Source of the DNA: Acidobacteriota bacterium
Lineage (GTDB): Bacteria > Acidobacteriota > Vicinamibacteria > Vicinamibacterales > UBA2999
Direction: 5' to 3'
DNA: 64,000 nt
Assembly (NCBI GenBank): GCA_046727855.1
Contig: JBKPDL010000068.1
Span: 2,216 to 66,215 of the forward strand
Shown here piece by piece: positions 29,834 to 38,470 of the stretch. How positions within the stretch are numbered: position 1 is the stretch's first letter; the number at the start of each line of letters is the position of its first letter. The notes under the pieces are model-generated. The model was not told the origin of the DNA. It saw only the letters and a list, made by a program, of their open reading frames with translations, and did no database searches. A program made the translations under genes and the position numbers.

Positions 29834-31603
29834 CTAATAAGCCATCACGTAACTGTCGCGCGTTGGACTGACGCCGCCCATGAGCGCCCCGCTCTTGGGA
29901 TGCACGACAATCGCTTTGACGGATCCGACGCCGCGCCCGTTATTCAGATCCAGCTTGTGCCCCATCGACGTCAATTCGTCGAGCACGTGCTTGGGCACCG
30001 ACGCGGGAATCTGCAGTGTGCCGGCAGCATTGTGCGGATAGTAGGAGCTCTTGAAATTCGTCGTGACGATGTACGGCTGCTCGAGCGCCTGCTGTACGCT
30101 CATGCCGAATTCAACGACATTGAGGAAGAACTGCAATTGCGCCTGTGGCTGCGTATCGGCGCCGGGCGTGCCCAACGTCATGTAGGGCTTGCCGTCGCGC
30201 AGCGCCAGCGCGGGATTGATCGTCTGCCGCACGCGCTTACCCGGCTTCAACACATTCACATCGTCCGGCTCGAGCCCGAAGTAGGCCATGCGGTTGTTCA
30301 GGAAGAAGCCTGCGCCGTCGACGACATGACCGCTGCCGAACAGACTCAGAAGTGACGAGGTGATCGAGACCATGTTGCGGTCCTTGTCGACGACCGCGAG
30401 ATATGTCGTGTGCCCGTCTTCGTCCCCCTCGTGCACCGCGGAGACATCCGATGGCGGTTGCGGCGCTGAATACGCGATTTGCTGCGTCGAGGTCGGACGT
30501 CGTGGATCGCCTGCGGGCGCCTCGCCCTGAATCGCTCGATCGGGATCGATTAACCCGCGCCGCACTGCCGCGTACTCCTTTGAGAGCAGTTCGCGGATTG
30601 GAATCTCCGGCACCATCCTGGGATCGCCGTTCCAGCGGTTGCGGTCGGCAAACGACAGCTTCAACGCTTCGGCGACCGCGTGAAGGTAGGGCGCGCTGTT
30701 GTGGCGCATGTAGCGCACGTTCATCCCTTCGAGGATGTTCAGCGCCTGCAGCATCACATGCCCTTGCGAGTTGGGCGGACACTCGTAAACCTCCACTCCC
30801 TTGTAATTGATATGGATGGGCGCATCCTCGAACGCCTTGTAGGCCGCGAGATCTTTCTCTGCCAGAATGCCGCCAACGCTCTTCATGTACGCGGCAGTCT
30901 TCTGCGCGATCGTGCCCTGGTAAAACGCTGCGCTGCCTTTGGCGGCGATTTCGCGCAAGGTCGCGGCGAGATCTTTCTGCACGACGCGCTCGCCCATTTC
31001 GAGCGGGCGATCGCCGTTGAACCAAATGCGCGTGGTCGAGGGGGCCCGTGCGAGCTTCTCGCGATTGGAGCGCAGCGACGCGGCGACGTTGGCGCTGATC
31101 GGGAACCCGCGATCGGCAAGCTCGATCGCGGTCGCGAAGATCTCCGACAGCGGCCGCGTGCCGTAGGTTTTCGCTGCCAGTTCCACCGCTCCGACGGCGC
31201 CAGGCACGCTCACCGACAGCGGTCCCTCGTCTGGCATCCCGCCTTTGCTCTTGTAGAAGTCCACTGTTGCGGCCATGGGCGCGAATCCCGTGCCGTTGAT
31301 GAACCTCACCTCACCCGTCTTTGCCAGATAGACGAGGATGAACATGTCACTGCCCAGTCCGGTCATCTCGGGTTCGGTAAGTCCTTGCACCGCCCATGTC
31401 GCGAGCGCCGCATCCACGGCGTTACCGCCCGCCCGGAGTATGCGCAACCCGGCCTCCGACGCAAGCGGATGGCCGGACGCCACCATTCCGTTGTCGGCGA
31501 CGACCGTGGGCCGCCACGTTGTTTGTGCGCGTGTGGAGCCGGTGAGCGAAACCAGCAGGAGCGACGCGATGAGCAACGGCAACCGGCGCATACGGCACCT
31601 CAT
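29834..31603 (-). CDS. ggt: gamma-glutamyltransferase (secreted/periplasmic)
   Basis: ATG 31603 gives MRCRMRRLPLLIASLLLVSLTGSTRAQ. The autoprocessing/nucleophile region reads DGHTTYLAVVDKDRNMVSITSSL. The C-terminal part contains GSVKAIVV...GGVSPTRDSY. The ORF-track start at 31720 would include the repeat element. Confidence 0.9.
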   Translation of the reverse strand: MRCRMRRLPLLIASLLLVSLTGSTRAQTTWRPTVVADNGMVASGHPLASEAGLRILRAGGNAVDAALATWAVQGLTEPEMTGLGSDMFILVYLAKTGEVRFINGTGFAPMAATVDFYKSKGGMPDEGPLSVSVPGAVGAVELAAKTYGTRPLSEIFATAIELADRGFPISANVAASLRSNREKLARAPSTTRIWFNGDRPLEMGERVVQKDLAATLREIAAKGSAAFYQGTIAQKTAAYMKSVGGILAEKDLAAYKAFEDAPIHINYKGVEVYECPPNSQGHVMLQALNILEGMNVRYMRHNSAPYLHAVAEALKLSFADRNRWNGDPRMVPEIPIRELLSKEYAAVRRGLIDPDRAIQGEAPAGDPRRPTSTQQIAYSAPQPPSDVSAVHEGDEDGHTTYLAVVDKDRNMVSITSSLLSLFGSGHVVDGAGFFLNNRMAYFGLEPDDVNVLKPGKRVRQTINPALALRDGKPYMTLGTPGADTQPQAQLQFFLNVVEFGMSVQQALEQPYIVTTNFKSSYYPHNAAGTLQIPASVPKHVLDELTSMGHKLDLNNGRGVGSVKAIVVHPKSGALMGGVSPTRDSYVMAY

Positions 31604-31662
31604 GGTGAAAACCGAATGTGGAATCTCGAGATTTGGGATTTGGAGAGAATTTGGAGATTCAC
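31604..31662 (-). repeat. CCAAATC-repeat plus AATCTCGAGATT palindrome element directly 5' of ggt
   Basis: The minus strand reads GTGAATCTCCAAATTCTCTCCAAATCCCAAATCTCGAGATTCCACATTCGGTTTTCACC and is followed immediately by the ggt ATG. It occupies the 62-nt gap after the permease stop (31666). Orientation relative to the downstream gene is the same as the 25341..25407 copy. Confidence 0.6.
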
Positions 31663-31665
31663 CCG

Positions 31666-32904
31666 TCAGAAAATCAGGTAACACAGTAGAGCACCGATTA
31701 CGCTCATCGACAACCCCCACGCAAGGAGTTTGTTGAACAGCAACCGGCTCTCATCCGTTGGTGCACCGGCGAGACATAGCGCCCCAATCGTCGAGAGCGG
31801 CGACACATCCACGAGGTGCCCGCCGATATTCATCGAGGATGCGATCGCCAGCGCGCTCGCGCCCGGGAGTGCGGCCGCAAGCCCGGGCACCATCGGGAGA
31901 AACGCCGGCAGGACAACCCCCGACGTGCTGCTGTAGACCGAAACGAGCGCGGTGAGGAGTGCCACGACGAACGTCACCGTGTTCGGCGATGAGACCTTCG
32001 CCACGAGCGAGACGAGGAGATCGATACCCTGCGCACGCTCGACGAGAGCAATCAGCACCGTGACACCGCACACCATGACGATCACTCGCCACGGCATCCG
32101 CTTGACCGCCTCGCCATCGTCCGCCGAGTGCGACAGAACGAGGACCACGGCGCCGACGAACGCTCCCATACCGACGTTGATCTGCGCGAAAATGACGCTG
32201 AGGATCAACGTCGCGATCACGCCGATCGTGATCCAGTGCCGCCGTTTGAACGATCCGTCCGATCCATCTTCTAACGCGGGCGCCGCGGCTCGACCCTCGC
32301 CAAACAGTTTCAACCCGCCAAAGAGCGCATATCCCGCAAAGGCGACCATTGCATGCGCCGCAAGGTTATAGAGATATGTCTGAACCTCGAGGCCCTGCAG
32401 CCCGTTTCGCGCCATCAATCCATTGACAATGATTCCTGTTGGTGCAAACGGCGACAGCGCGCCCGAGTTCGCGCCATTGCCCACCATGATTGCCATCAGG
32501 AAAAGCGGAATGCCGGACTTCGCCGCGGTGGCCATCGCCAGCGGCGCCAGCAGCGCCGCGGTCGAGATGTTGCCCGGTCCCATCGAGGACAGCGCGGCGC
32601 CGAGCACGAAGAACATGACTGGAATCACGCCGCGATTGCCGCGGCAAACGCGAACGGCGTGGTGCGTGATCCGTTCGAGCGTCCCGTTGCATTGCGCCAG
32701 CGAGAACAACAACGTGACGCCTGCAAGCGTCAGGAACAGCTGGCTCGGGAATCCAGCGATCACGGTGTTCACCGGCAAGCCACCGATGTAAACACCCACG
32801 ATCCACGCCAGCGCAACCGCCAACACCCCGACGTTCAGCGAGCTGACACAACTGACGACGACCGCAAGTACGAGAGCGAACACTGAGATGACGGCGAGAT
32901 TCAT
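31666..32904 (-). CDS. ion-transporter-superfamily anion permease (SLC13/DASS or MatC/CitMHS-like)
   Basis: ATG 32904 (MNLAVISVFALVLAVVV...) overlaps the upstream stop in an ATGA junction. 412 aa, polytopic. The C-terminal SSMNIGGHLVDVSPLSTIGAL hairpin-like motif is typical of this superfamily. Substrate unknown. Confidence 0.6.
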   Translation of the reverse strand: MNLAVISVFALVLAVVVSCVSSLNVGVLAVALAWIVGVYIGGLPVNTVIAGFPSQLFLTLAGVTLLFSLAQCNGTLERITHHAVRVCRGNRGVIPVMFFVLGAALSSMGPGNISTAALLAPLAMATAAKSGIPLFLMAIMVGNGANSGALSPFAPTGIIVNGLMARNGLQGLEVQTYLYNLAAHAMVAFAGYALFGGLKLFGEGRAAAPALEDGSDGSFKRRHWITIGVIATLILSVIFAQINVGMGAFVGAVVLVLSHSADDGEAVKRMPWRVIVMVCGVTVLIALVERAQGIDLLVSLVAKVSSPNTVTFVVALLTALVSVYSSTSGVVLPAFLPMVPGLAAALPGASALAIASSMNIGGHLVDVSPLSTIGALCLAGAPTDESRLLFNKLLAWGLSMSVIGALLCYLIF

Positions 32905-35879
32905 GCGGACTCCGCGACGAGCGACCGCACCAATTCCGCCGCGTGAAGCGCGCGAACGCTGGCGAAATCGGCGACTTGATGGCGACAGGACACCCCGCTC
33001 GCCACGAGCACGGTGTCCGAGCCCATCGCGCGCGCCGCGGGCAAGAGGCGCCGCTCCCCAATCGCACGTGACACTTCGAAGTGTTCGCGCGCGTAGCCGA
33101 ACGAACCCGCCATTCCGCAACAGCCAGCGTCGAGATCAACGACTGTGGCGCCGGGGATTCGGCTTAACAGTGCTTTTGCCGACGCCACGCGGCCCATCGA
33201 TTTCTGATGGCAGTGTCCGTGCAACAGGATTTTCGACGGCCCTGGTGAGAGCCGGAGCGTGGCTCGACCGGATTCACACTCGGCTTCAACGAACTCTTCG
33301 AATAGCATCGCGCGTTCGGCGACTTGTCTCGCGCGCCGTTGAACGTCGCCACGAACAAGTGCGGGCGCATCCTCGCGAATAGCGGACAAGCAGCTTGGTT
33401 CGAAAAACACCAGCGCGGCGCCATTCTCAACGAGCGGGTAAAGGCGATCGGTATTACGCGTGGTGAGCGCGCGCGCGGGCGCGAGGAGCCCTTGCGAAAT
33501 CAGCGCTCGACCGCAACACACATTGGGCGCGAGGTCGACGCCGCATCCGATCGCGTCGAGCACATCCGCGCCCGCCATTCCGATGGCGGGATTGTAATAG
33601 TTGGTGAAGGTGTCGTTGAACAGGAGCGCGCGGGCGTGCTTGTCTGCGTGGCGCCAGCGGAACTGCCGCGCAAACGGCGTGGCGGTCCACGCCGGAGGCG
33701 TTCGACGGCGGTCGATTCCAATCAGGCGATCGTTGAGCCATCGCGCGGGTGCGCTGCGGGCGACGACGTTCGACATAGGAGCGAGCCGGCTTCCCCATCG
33801 CGAAAGCGTATGAACGTGCCCCAGCACACGCGCGCGCAGCGGCGTTCCGTGCCGCCGCCAGTAATCGGCAAGGAACTCGCTCTTGAATCGCGCCACATCC
33901 ACGCCGACAGGACATTCCGACTTGCAGGCGCGGCACTCCAGACACAAATCAAGCACCTGGCGCACGCCGTCATCACCTAATCCGTCTTCGTCTAATTCGC
34001 CAGACATGACGAGGCGGAGCGCGTTGGCGCGCCCGCGCGTCGAATCGCGCTCCTCGCGTGTGGCCATGTACGACGGGCACATCGTGCCATCGAGCGTCTT
34101 GCGGCACACTCCGAGGCCGCTGCACATCTCCACCGCTCCGGACATGCCGCCGTACTCCGAATAGTCGAAGAACGTGGCCGGTTGAGCGGTGCGATACGCG
34201 GGTCCGTAGCGGAGGTTGGCGGTGATTGGAGGCGCGTCGACGATCTTGCCGGGATTGAAGATGCCTTCCGGATCAAACGTCCTCTTGATCTGCCGGAACG
34301 CGGCGTAGAGCTCGGACCCGAACATCTTTTCCATGAACGGACTGCGCACCAGCCCGTCGCCGTGTTCCCCGGAAAGCGCGCCACCGTACTCGAGCACCAA
34401 ATCGGCGCTCGCCCTTGCGATCGCCTCGAACTGATGCACGCCCGCTTCGGTTTTCATGTTGACCACTGGCCGGACATGCAGACAGCCGACCGATGCGTGC
34501 GCGTACACGCCCGCGCTCGTGCCATGAGTCCGAATCATCGTGAGAAACCGATTGATGTAATCGCGCAGCTTCTCCGGCGCGACCGCGGTGTCCTCGACGA
34601 AGGAAAGCGACTTCGCGTCGCCTTTCATCGCCATCGACAAACCCAACGCGGCTTCGCGCAACGACCAGATGGCGCTCTGCGCAGCGCTGGTCGTGGCATG
34701 GTAATACCGATTTCCGAAGCGCCGCGCGGTCAGATCGCGCTCCAGCGCTGCGAGGCGCGGCAACAACTCGTCGGGGGTATCGCCGTAGAACTCCACGCAC
34801 AACAGGGCCTGCGGCTCTCCCTCGATGAAGGTACGACGCAGCCGCTCGAGGGCGGGACTCTGCTTCGTGTGATTCAGGATGAAACCATCCATCACTTCGA
34901 CGGCCGATGGCTGGTGCGTGAGAATCACCGGCGTGGCTTCCAGCGCCTGCAGCAGATCGTCAAACTGAATCGCGAGCACGGCTTTCGCGTTTGGCAGCGG
35001 CACCAGCGCGATCTTCGCTTCGAGCACGACGGCCAACGTGCCTTCGGACCCCACGATCAGCTTGGCCATGTTGAACGCGTCGCCCGGACACACGAAGGCG
35101 TCCAGGTTGTAGCCACCGACGCGGCGAATCACCTTGGGATATCGCGCCTCGATTGCGCGCGCGCATTCGCCAGCGACACGACGGACGTCGCGGTAGCACG
35201 CGGCCTCGAGCGTGTCACCGGCACTGGCGGCATCCAGTTCGCTCGCGGTCAGCGGGCGAAACCACGCAAGTGAACCATCTGAGAGCGCCACGTGTTGTTC
35301 GAGCACATGATCGATGGTCTTTCCGTAGAGCACAGACCGTGCGCCGGCGGAGTTGTTGGCCATCATGCCGCCGAGCGTGGCGCGGCTAGCCGTTGAAATG
35401 TCCGGAGCGAAGCGGAGACCGTGCTCACGAACAGCGGCGTTGAGCTCGTCGAGCACGATGCCAGCCTCGACGCGCGCCCAGCGCTGGTCGGCGTCGACCT
35501 CGAGCAGGCGATTGAAATACTTGGACGTGTCGACGATGAGGCCGGCGCCGATCGCCTGGCCGGCTTGCGAGGTCCCCCCGCCGCGCATGGTCAGCGGGAT
35601 GCGATGCTTTCGGCACGCCCGCACCGCCCGGATCACATCCTCGCGCGATTTCACGACAGCGACGCCGAGCGGGCGAATCTGATAAACGCTCGCGTCGGTT
35701 GAGTACAGCGCGCGCGTTACGTCATCGAAGCGGACCTCGCCTTCGAGTTGCTGTTCGAGCTCTTTGCGAAACGCGTCGATCGCGGGCACGAGTCGTGAAT
35801 TGTAGCGCGGCCGCTCTGCCCTGCGTTGTCGCGCAGCCGCCGCCTGCCGCGATACTGTGGGAACAGCTGTAGCGAGCAC
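32901..35879 (-). CDS. YdiJ-like fusion protein: FAD-linked oxidase (GlcD-like) plus Fe-S / CCG-domain (GlcF-like) oxidoreductase; D-2-hydroxyacid dehydrogenase type
   Basis: 992 aa. The FAD-binding PCMH region reads PLTMRGGGTSQAGQAIG. 4Fe-4S motifs include CLECRACKSECP, followed by C-terminal Cys-rich (CCG-like) repeats. The N-terminal FRKELEQQLEGEV...STDASVYQIRP resembles E. coli YdiJ as I remember it. GTG start lies 3 nt after the crotonase stop; the exact start is uncertain. Confidence 0.75.
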   Translation of the reverse strand: MLATAVPTVSRQAAAARQRRAERPRYNSRLVPAIDAFRKELEQQLEGEVRFDDVTRALYSTDASVYQIRPLGVAVVKSREDVIRAVRACRKHRIPLTMRGGGTSQAGQAIGAGLIVDTSKYFNRLLEVDADQRWARVEAGIVLDELNAAVREHGLRFAPDISTASRATLGGMMANNSAGARSVLYGKTIDHVLEQHVALSDGSLAWFRPLTASELDAASAGDTLEAACYRDVRRVAGECARAIEARYPKVIRRVGGYNLDAFVCPGDAFNMAKLIVGSEGTLAVVLEAKIALVPLPNAKAVLAIQFDDLLQALEATPVILTHQPSAVEVMDGFILNHTKQSPALERLRRTFIEGEPQALLCVEFYGDTPDELLPRLAALERDLTARRFGNRYYHATTSAAQSAIWSLREAALGLSMAMKGDAKSLSFVEDTAVAPEKLRDYINRFLTMIRTHGTSAGVYAHASVGCLHVRPVVNMKTEAGVHQFEAIARASADLVLEYGGALSGEHGDGLVRSPFMEKMFGSELYAAFRQIKRTFDPEGIFNPGKIVDAPPITANLRYGPAYRTAQPATFFDYSEYGGMSGAVEMCSGLGVCRKTLDGTMCPSYMATREERDSTRGRANALRLVMSGELDEDGLGDDGVRQVLDLCLECRACKSECPVGVDVARFKSEFLADYWRRHGTPLRARVLGHVHTLSRWGSRLAPMSNVVARSAPARWLNDRLIGIDRRRTPPAWTATPFARQFRWRHADKHARALLFNDTFTNYYNPAIGMAGADVLDAIGCGVDLAPNVCCGRALISQGLLAPARALTTRNTDRLYPLVENGAALVFFEPSCLSAIREDAPALVRGDVQRRARQVAERAMLFEEFVEAECESGRATLRLSPGPSKILLHGHCHQKSMGRVASAKALLSRIPGATVVDLDAGCCGMAGSFGYAREHFEVSRAIGERRLLPAARAMGSDTVLVASGVSCRHQVADFASVRALHAAELVRSLVAESA

Positions 35880-35882
35880 GTC

Positions 35883-36665
35883 CTAGCGCCCGCTGAACCG
35901 GGGCGGACGCTTGCCGAGAAACGCCGACACCCCTTCACGAAAATCCTCGCTCGCGTAGCATTGTCCGATCAGATCGTCGAGGTCGCTGGGATCGAGGCGC
36001 TTGCTGACGGCAATCCGTCGCAGCGCTTCTTTTGTGGCCCGCAGCGTCAGCGGCGCATGCGCCGCAATCGTCGCCGCGAGATCGCGTACGACGTCGTCGA
36101 TCACCGCGTGGTCGGCGATGCGCGTCACCAGGCCAAGCGCCTCGGCTTCCGACGCCTCGAGAAACCGCGCGGTAAAGATGACGTCCTTCGTACGCGCAGG
36201 CCCGATCAGATCGACGAGGCGGCCGTAATTGGCCGCAGACAGGCAGTTGCCGAGCGTGCGTGCGATCGGCATGCCGAACTGCGCGCTCGGCGTACAGACG
36301 CGCAAATCGCATGCGAGCGCAATCGCACACCCGCCGCCGGCAGCGACACCATGCACCTGCGCTATGGTAGGTACCGCCACGGCTTCGAGGCGATCGATTA
36401 CCGCATCGAGCCGCTGCTCGTAGGCGATACCATCTTCGGCGGACGAGAATTCTGTGAACTGCCGGATGTCAGTGCCCGCGGCAAATGCGTCGCCATTCGC
36501 GCGCAGCACGAACACGCGGATCTCGGTATCCGCTTCAACCTTGTCGCAGGCGTCGGCGAGCGCGTCGTACATCTCCCACGTGAGCGCGTTTTTGGCGTCG
36601 GGGCGGTTGAACGTCAGGTACGCGACGTGATCGCCGGACGAGAACAACACTTCAGAGGTAGACAT
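35883..36665 (-). CDS. enoyl-CoA hydratase/isomerase (crotonase) family protein
   Basis: ATG 36665 gives 260 aa: MSTSEVLFSSGDHVAYLTFNRPDAKNALTWEMYDALADACDKVEADTEIRVFVLRANGDAFAAGTDI. This is the canonical crotonase N-terminus. The upstream ORF-track extension is antisense to the CoA-transferase gene. Confidence 0.85.
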   Translation of the reverse strand: MSTSEVLFSSGDHVAYLTFNRPDAKNALTWEMYDALADACDKVEADTEIRVFVLRANGDAFAAGTDIRQFTEFSSAEDGIAYEQRLDAVIDRLEAVAVPTIAQVHGVAAGGGCAIALACDLRVCTPSAQFGMPIARTLGNCLSAANYGRLVDLIGPARTKDVIFTARFLEASEAEALGLVTRIADHAVIDDVVRDLAATIAAHAPLTLRATKEALRRIAVSKRLDPSDLDDLIGQCYASEDFREGVSAFLGKRPPRFSGR

Positions 36666-37845
36666 GAGTACGGGCCAGAGCGCGCTTGAAGGAATACGCG
36701 TCCTCGATGTGACGCAGGTGATGGCTGGTCCTTTTTGCGCGATGCAACTATGCGACATGGGCGCGGACGTGATCAAGGTCGAGCCTCCGGAAGGCGACTC
36801 GACGCGGCGGATGGCGGGTGCCGCTGCCGGCGAAAGTGCGGCATTCAACGCGGTGAATCGCGGCAAGCGCGGTATCGTGCTCGATCTCAAGGCGCCCCTC
36901 GGCCAGGACGCCTTTCGCCGTCTGCTACGGCACACCGATATCGTGGTGGAAAACAACAGGCCCGGCGTCATGCGCGCCTTCGGGTTGGATTACCCATCGC
37001 TCGCGTCTGACTTCCCTACGCTCATCTACGCCTCGATTTCGGGTTACGGCCAGACCGGTCCCGATGCGAAAAAAGGAGGGTTCGATCTCATCGCGCAAGG
37101 CGTATCAGGCCTCATGTCGGTCACCGGCGAACCCGGTCGGCCCCCGGTCAAAATCGGTGTGCCAATCACCGACCTGGGCGCGGCCATGTTTGCGCTGACG
37201 GCGATACTCGCTGCGCTCTATTACCGGGGGCGCACGGGTCGCGGCCAATACATTGACACGTCGCTCGTCGATGCCGGCGTCGCGTTTTCGGTTTGGGAAG
37301 CTGCGGAGTACTTCGGTGAAGGCGTAGTCCCACAGCCACTCGGTTCGGCCCATCGTCTGCTCGCGCCGTATCAGGCGATTCGATGCCGTGACGGCTACAT
37401 CACCCTTGGCGCCGCCAACGATCGGTTGTTCGAGCGGTTTTGTGCACTGCTTGGGCATGCAGAATGGGTTGGCAATCCGGACTACGCAACTGCCACCGCG
37501 AGGGTGAAGAACCGCGCCGCGTTGATCGCGCGGATCGAAGCGATCACGGCGCTGGAACCGCGGCAGCATTGGATTGCGTTACTCGAGACAAACGGGATTC
37601 CGTGCGGACCGATCAACAACTATGCGGAGGCGTTTGCAGATCCGCAGGTGCGCGCGCGTGAAATGGTGGTGGAGGTCGAACACCCGGCGCTCGGCCGCCT
37701 CCAAACACCCGGATCGCCGATCAAAATGTCGGAAACTCCGCCTCTCGTTCGGCGCCGAGCGCCAATGCTCGGTGAGCACACGGGCGAAATTCTAGGGAAA
37801 TTAGGTTACTCCGACGCTCAACTCGCGCAGTTCCGTCTTTTCTAG
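36664..37845 (+). CDS. CaiB/BaiF family (class III) CoA-transferase
   Basis: 393 aa. LEGIRVLDVTQVMAGPFCAMQLCDMGADVIKVEPPEGD is the family signature. GAGG lies 5 nt upstream of the ATG. Confidence 0.9.
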   Translation: MSTGQSALEGIRVLDVTQVMAGPFCAMQLCDMGADVIKVEPPEGDSTRRMAGAAAGESAAFNAVNRGKRGIVLDLKAPLGQDAFRRLLRHTDIVVENNRPGVMRAFGLDYPSLASDFPTLIYASISGYGQTGPDAKKGGFDLIAQGVSGLMSVTGEPGRPPVKIGVPITDLGAAMFALTAILAALYYRGRTGRGQYIDTSLVDAGVAFSVWEAAEYFGEGVVPQPLGSAHRLLAPYQAIRCRDGYITLGAANDRLFERFCALLGHAEWVGNPDYATATARVKNRAALIARIEAITALEPRQHWIALLETNGIPCGPINNYAEAFADPQVRAREMVVEVEHPALGRLQTPGSPIKMSETPPLVRRRAPMLGEHTGEILGKLGYSDAQLAQFRLF

Positions 37846-37946
37846 GTGGTAACGTTCCGGGTGCGAACGCGGCGCCACCGTCAGGGTCGGCCCGACAGGC
37901 GAAAGACGCTGATGAATCGTGCGCGAGCCGACTTACGAACGCGCGG

Positions 37947-37960
37947 GCGATTATAATCGC
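37947..37960 (+). promoter_or_regulatory. perfect TATAAT -10 box embedded in the 14-nt palindrome GCGATTATAATCGC
   Basis: TATAAT sits at 37952..37957, ending 15 nt before the ATG at 37973. This implies a very short leader for the Zn-ribbon/selenoprotein gene pair. No convincing -35 was found. Confidence 0.35.
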
Positions 37961-37972
37961 GCGTAGACCTGC

Positions 37973-38452
37973 ATGAGCGATCGGAAATACCGTCAGCGCG
38001 GTTATCAGGACGATGGTCGCGAGCGGCAGCCGCGACCGGCGTCGCCGGATGGACAACCGCGCCGACCGGAACGTGAACCCGGCGCTCCGGCGGGCGCACG
38101 CCGCATTTCGTCCGAAGGTGCGAAGAACCCGAACATGCCGGGTTTTCGCGAAGTGGCCCGATGCGCGCGATGTGGAAGCCTCGTTGAAGTGCAGGTGTTC
38201 TCGCGCAGCAAGTGCACAAAGTGCGGTCAGGACCTGCACTCATGCGCGCAGTGCGTGCATTTCGATCCGGGTGCACGTTTCGAATGCACGCAGCCGATTG
38301 CGGCACGGGTGTCGCCGAAAGACGTCGCCAACGAGTGTCAGTTCTTCACGGCGCGCACCACATGGGAGCGCGAGACCTCGTCGGCCGTCAGCAACAAGCC
38401 GGCTGAACCATCCGGCGCGCGCAAGGCCTTCGACGACCTGTTCAAGTTCTGA
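37973..38452 (+). CDS. hypothetical Cys-rich zinc-ribbon protein with a basic, disordered N-terminus
   Basis: 159 aa starting MSDRKYRQRGYQDDGRERQPRP.... Followed by CARCGSLVEVQVFSRSKCTKCGQDLHSCAQCVHFDPGARFEC. Ends 18 nt before the next gene, so a likely operon. Confidence 0.6.
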   Translation: MSDRKYRQRGYQDDGRERQPRPASPDGQPRRPEREPGAPAGARRISSEGAKNPNMPGFREVARCARCGSLVEVQVFSRSKCTKCGQDLHSCAQCVHFDPGARFECTQPIAARVSPKDVANECQFFTARTTWERETSSAVSNKPAEPSGARKAFDDLFKF

Positions 38453-38470
38453 AGCCCTTACAATCGATCC

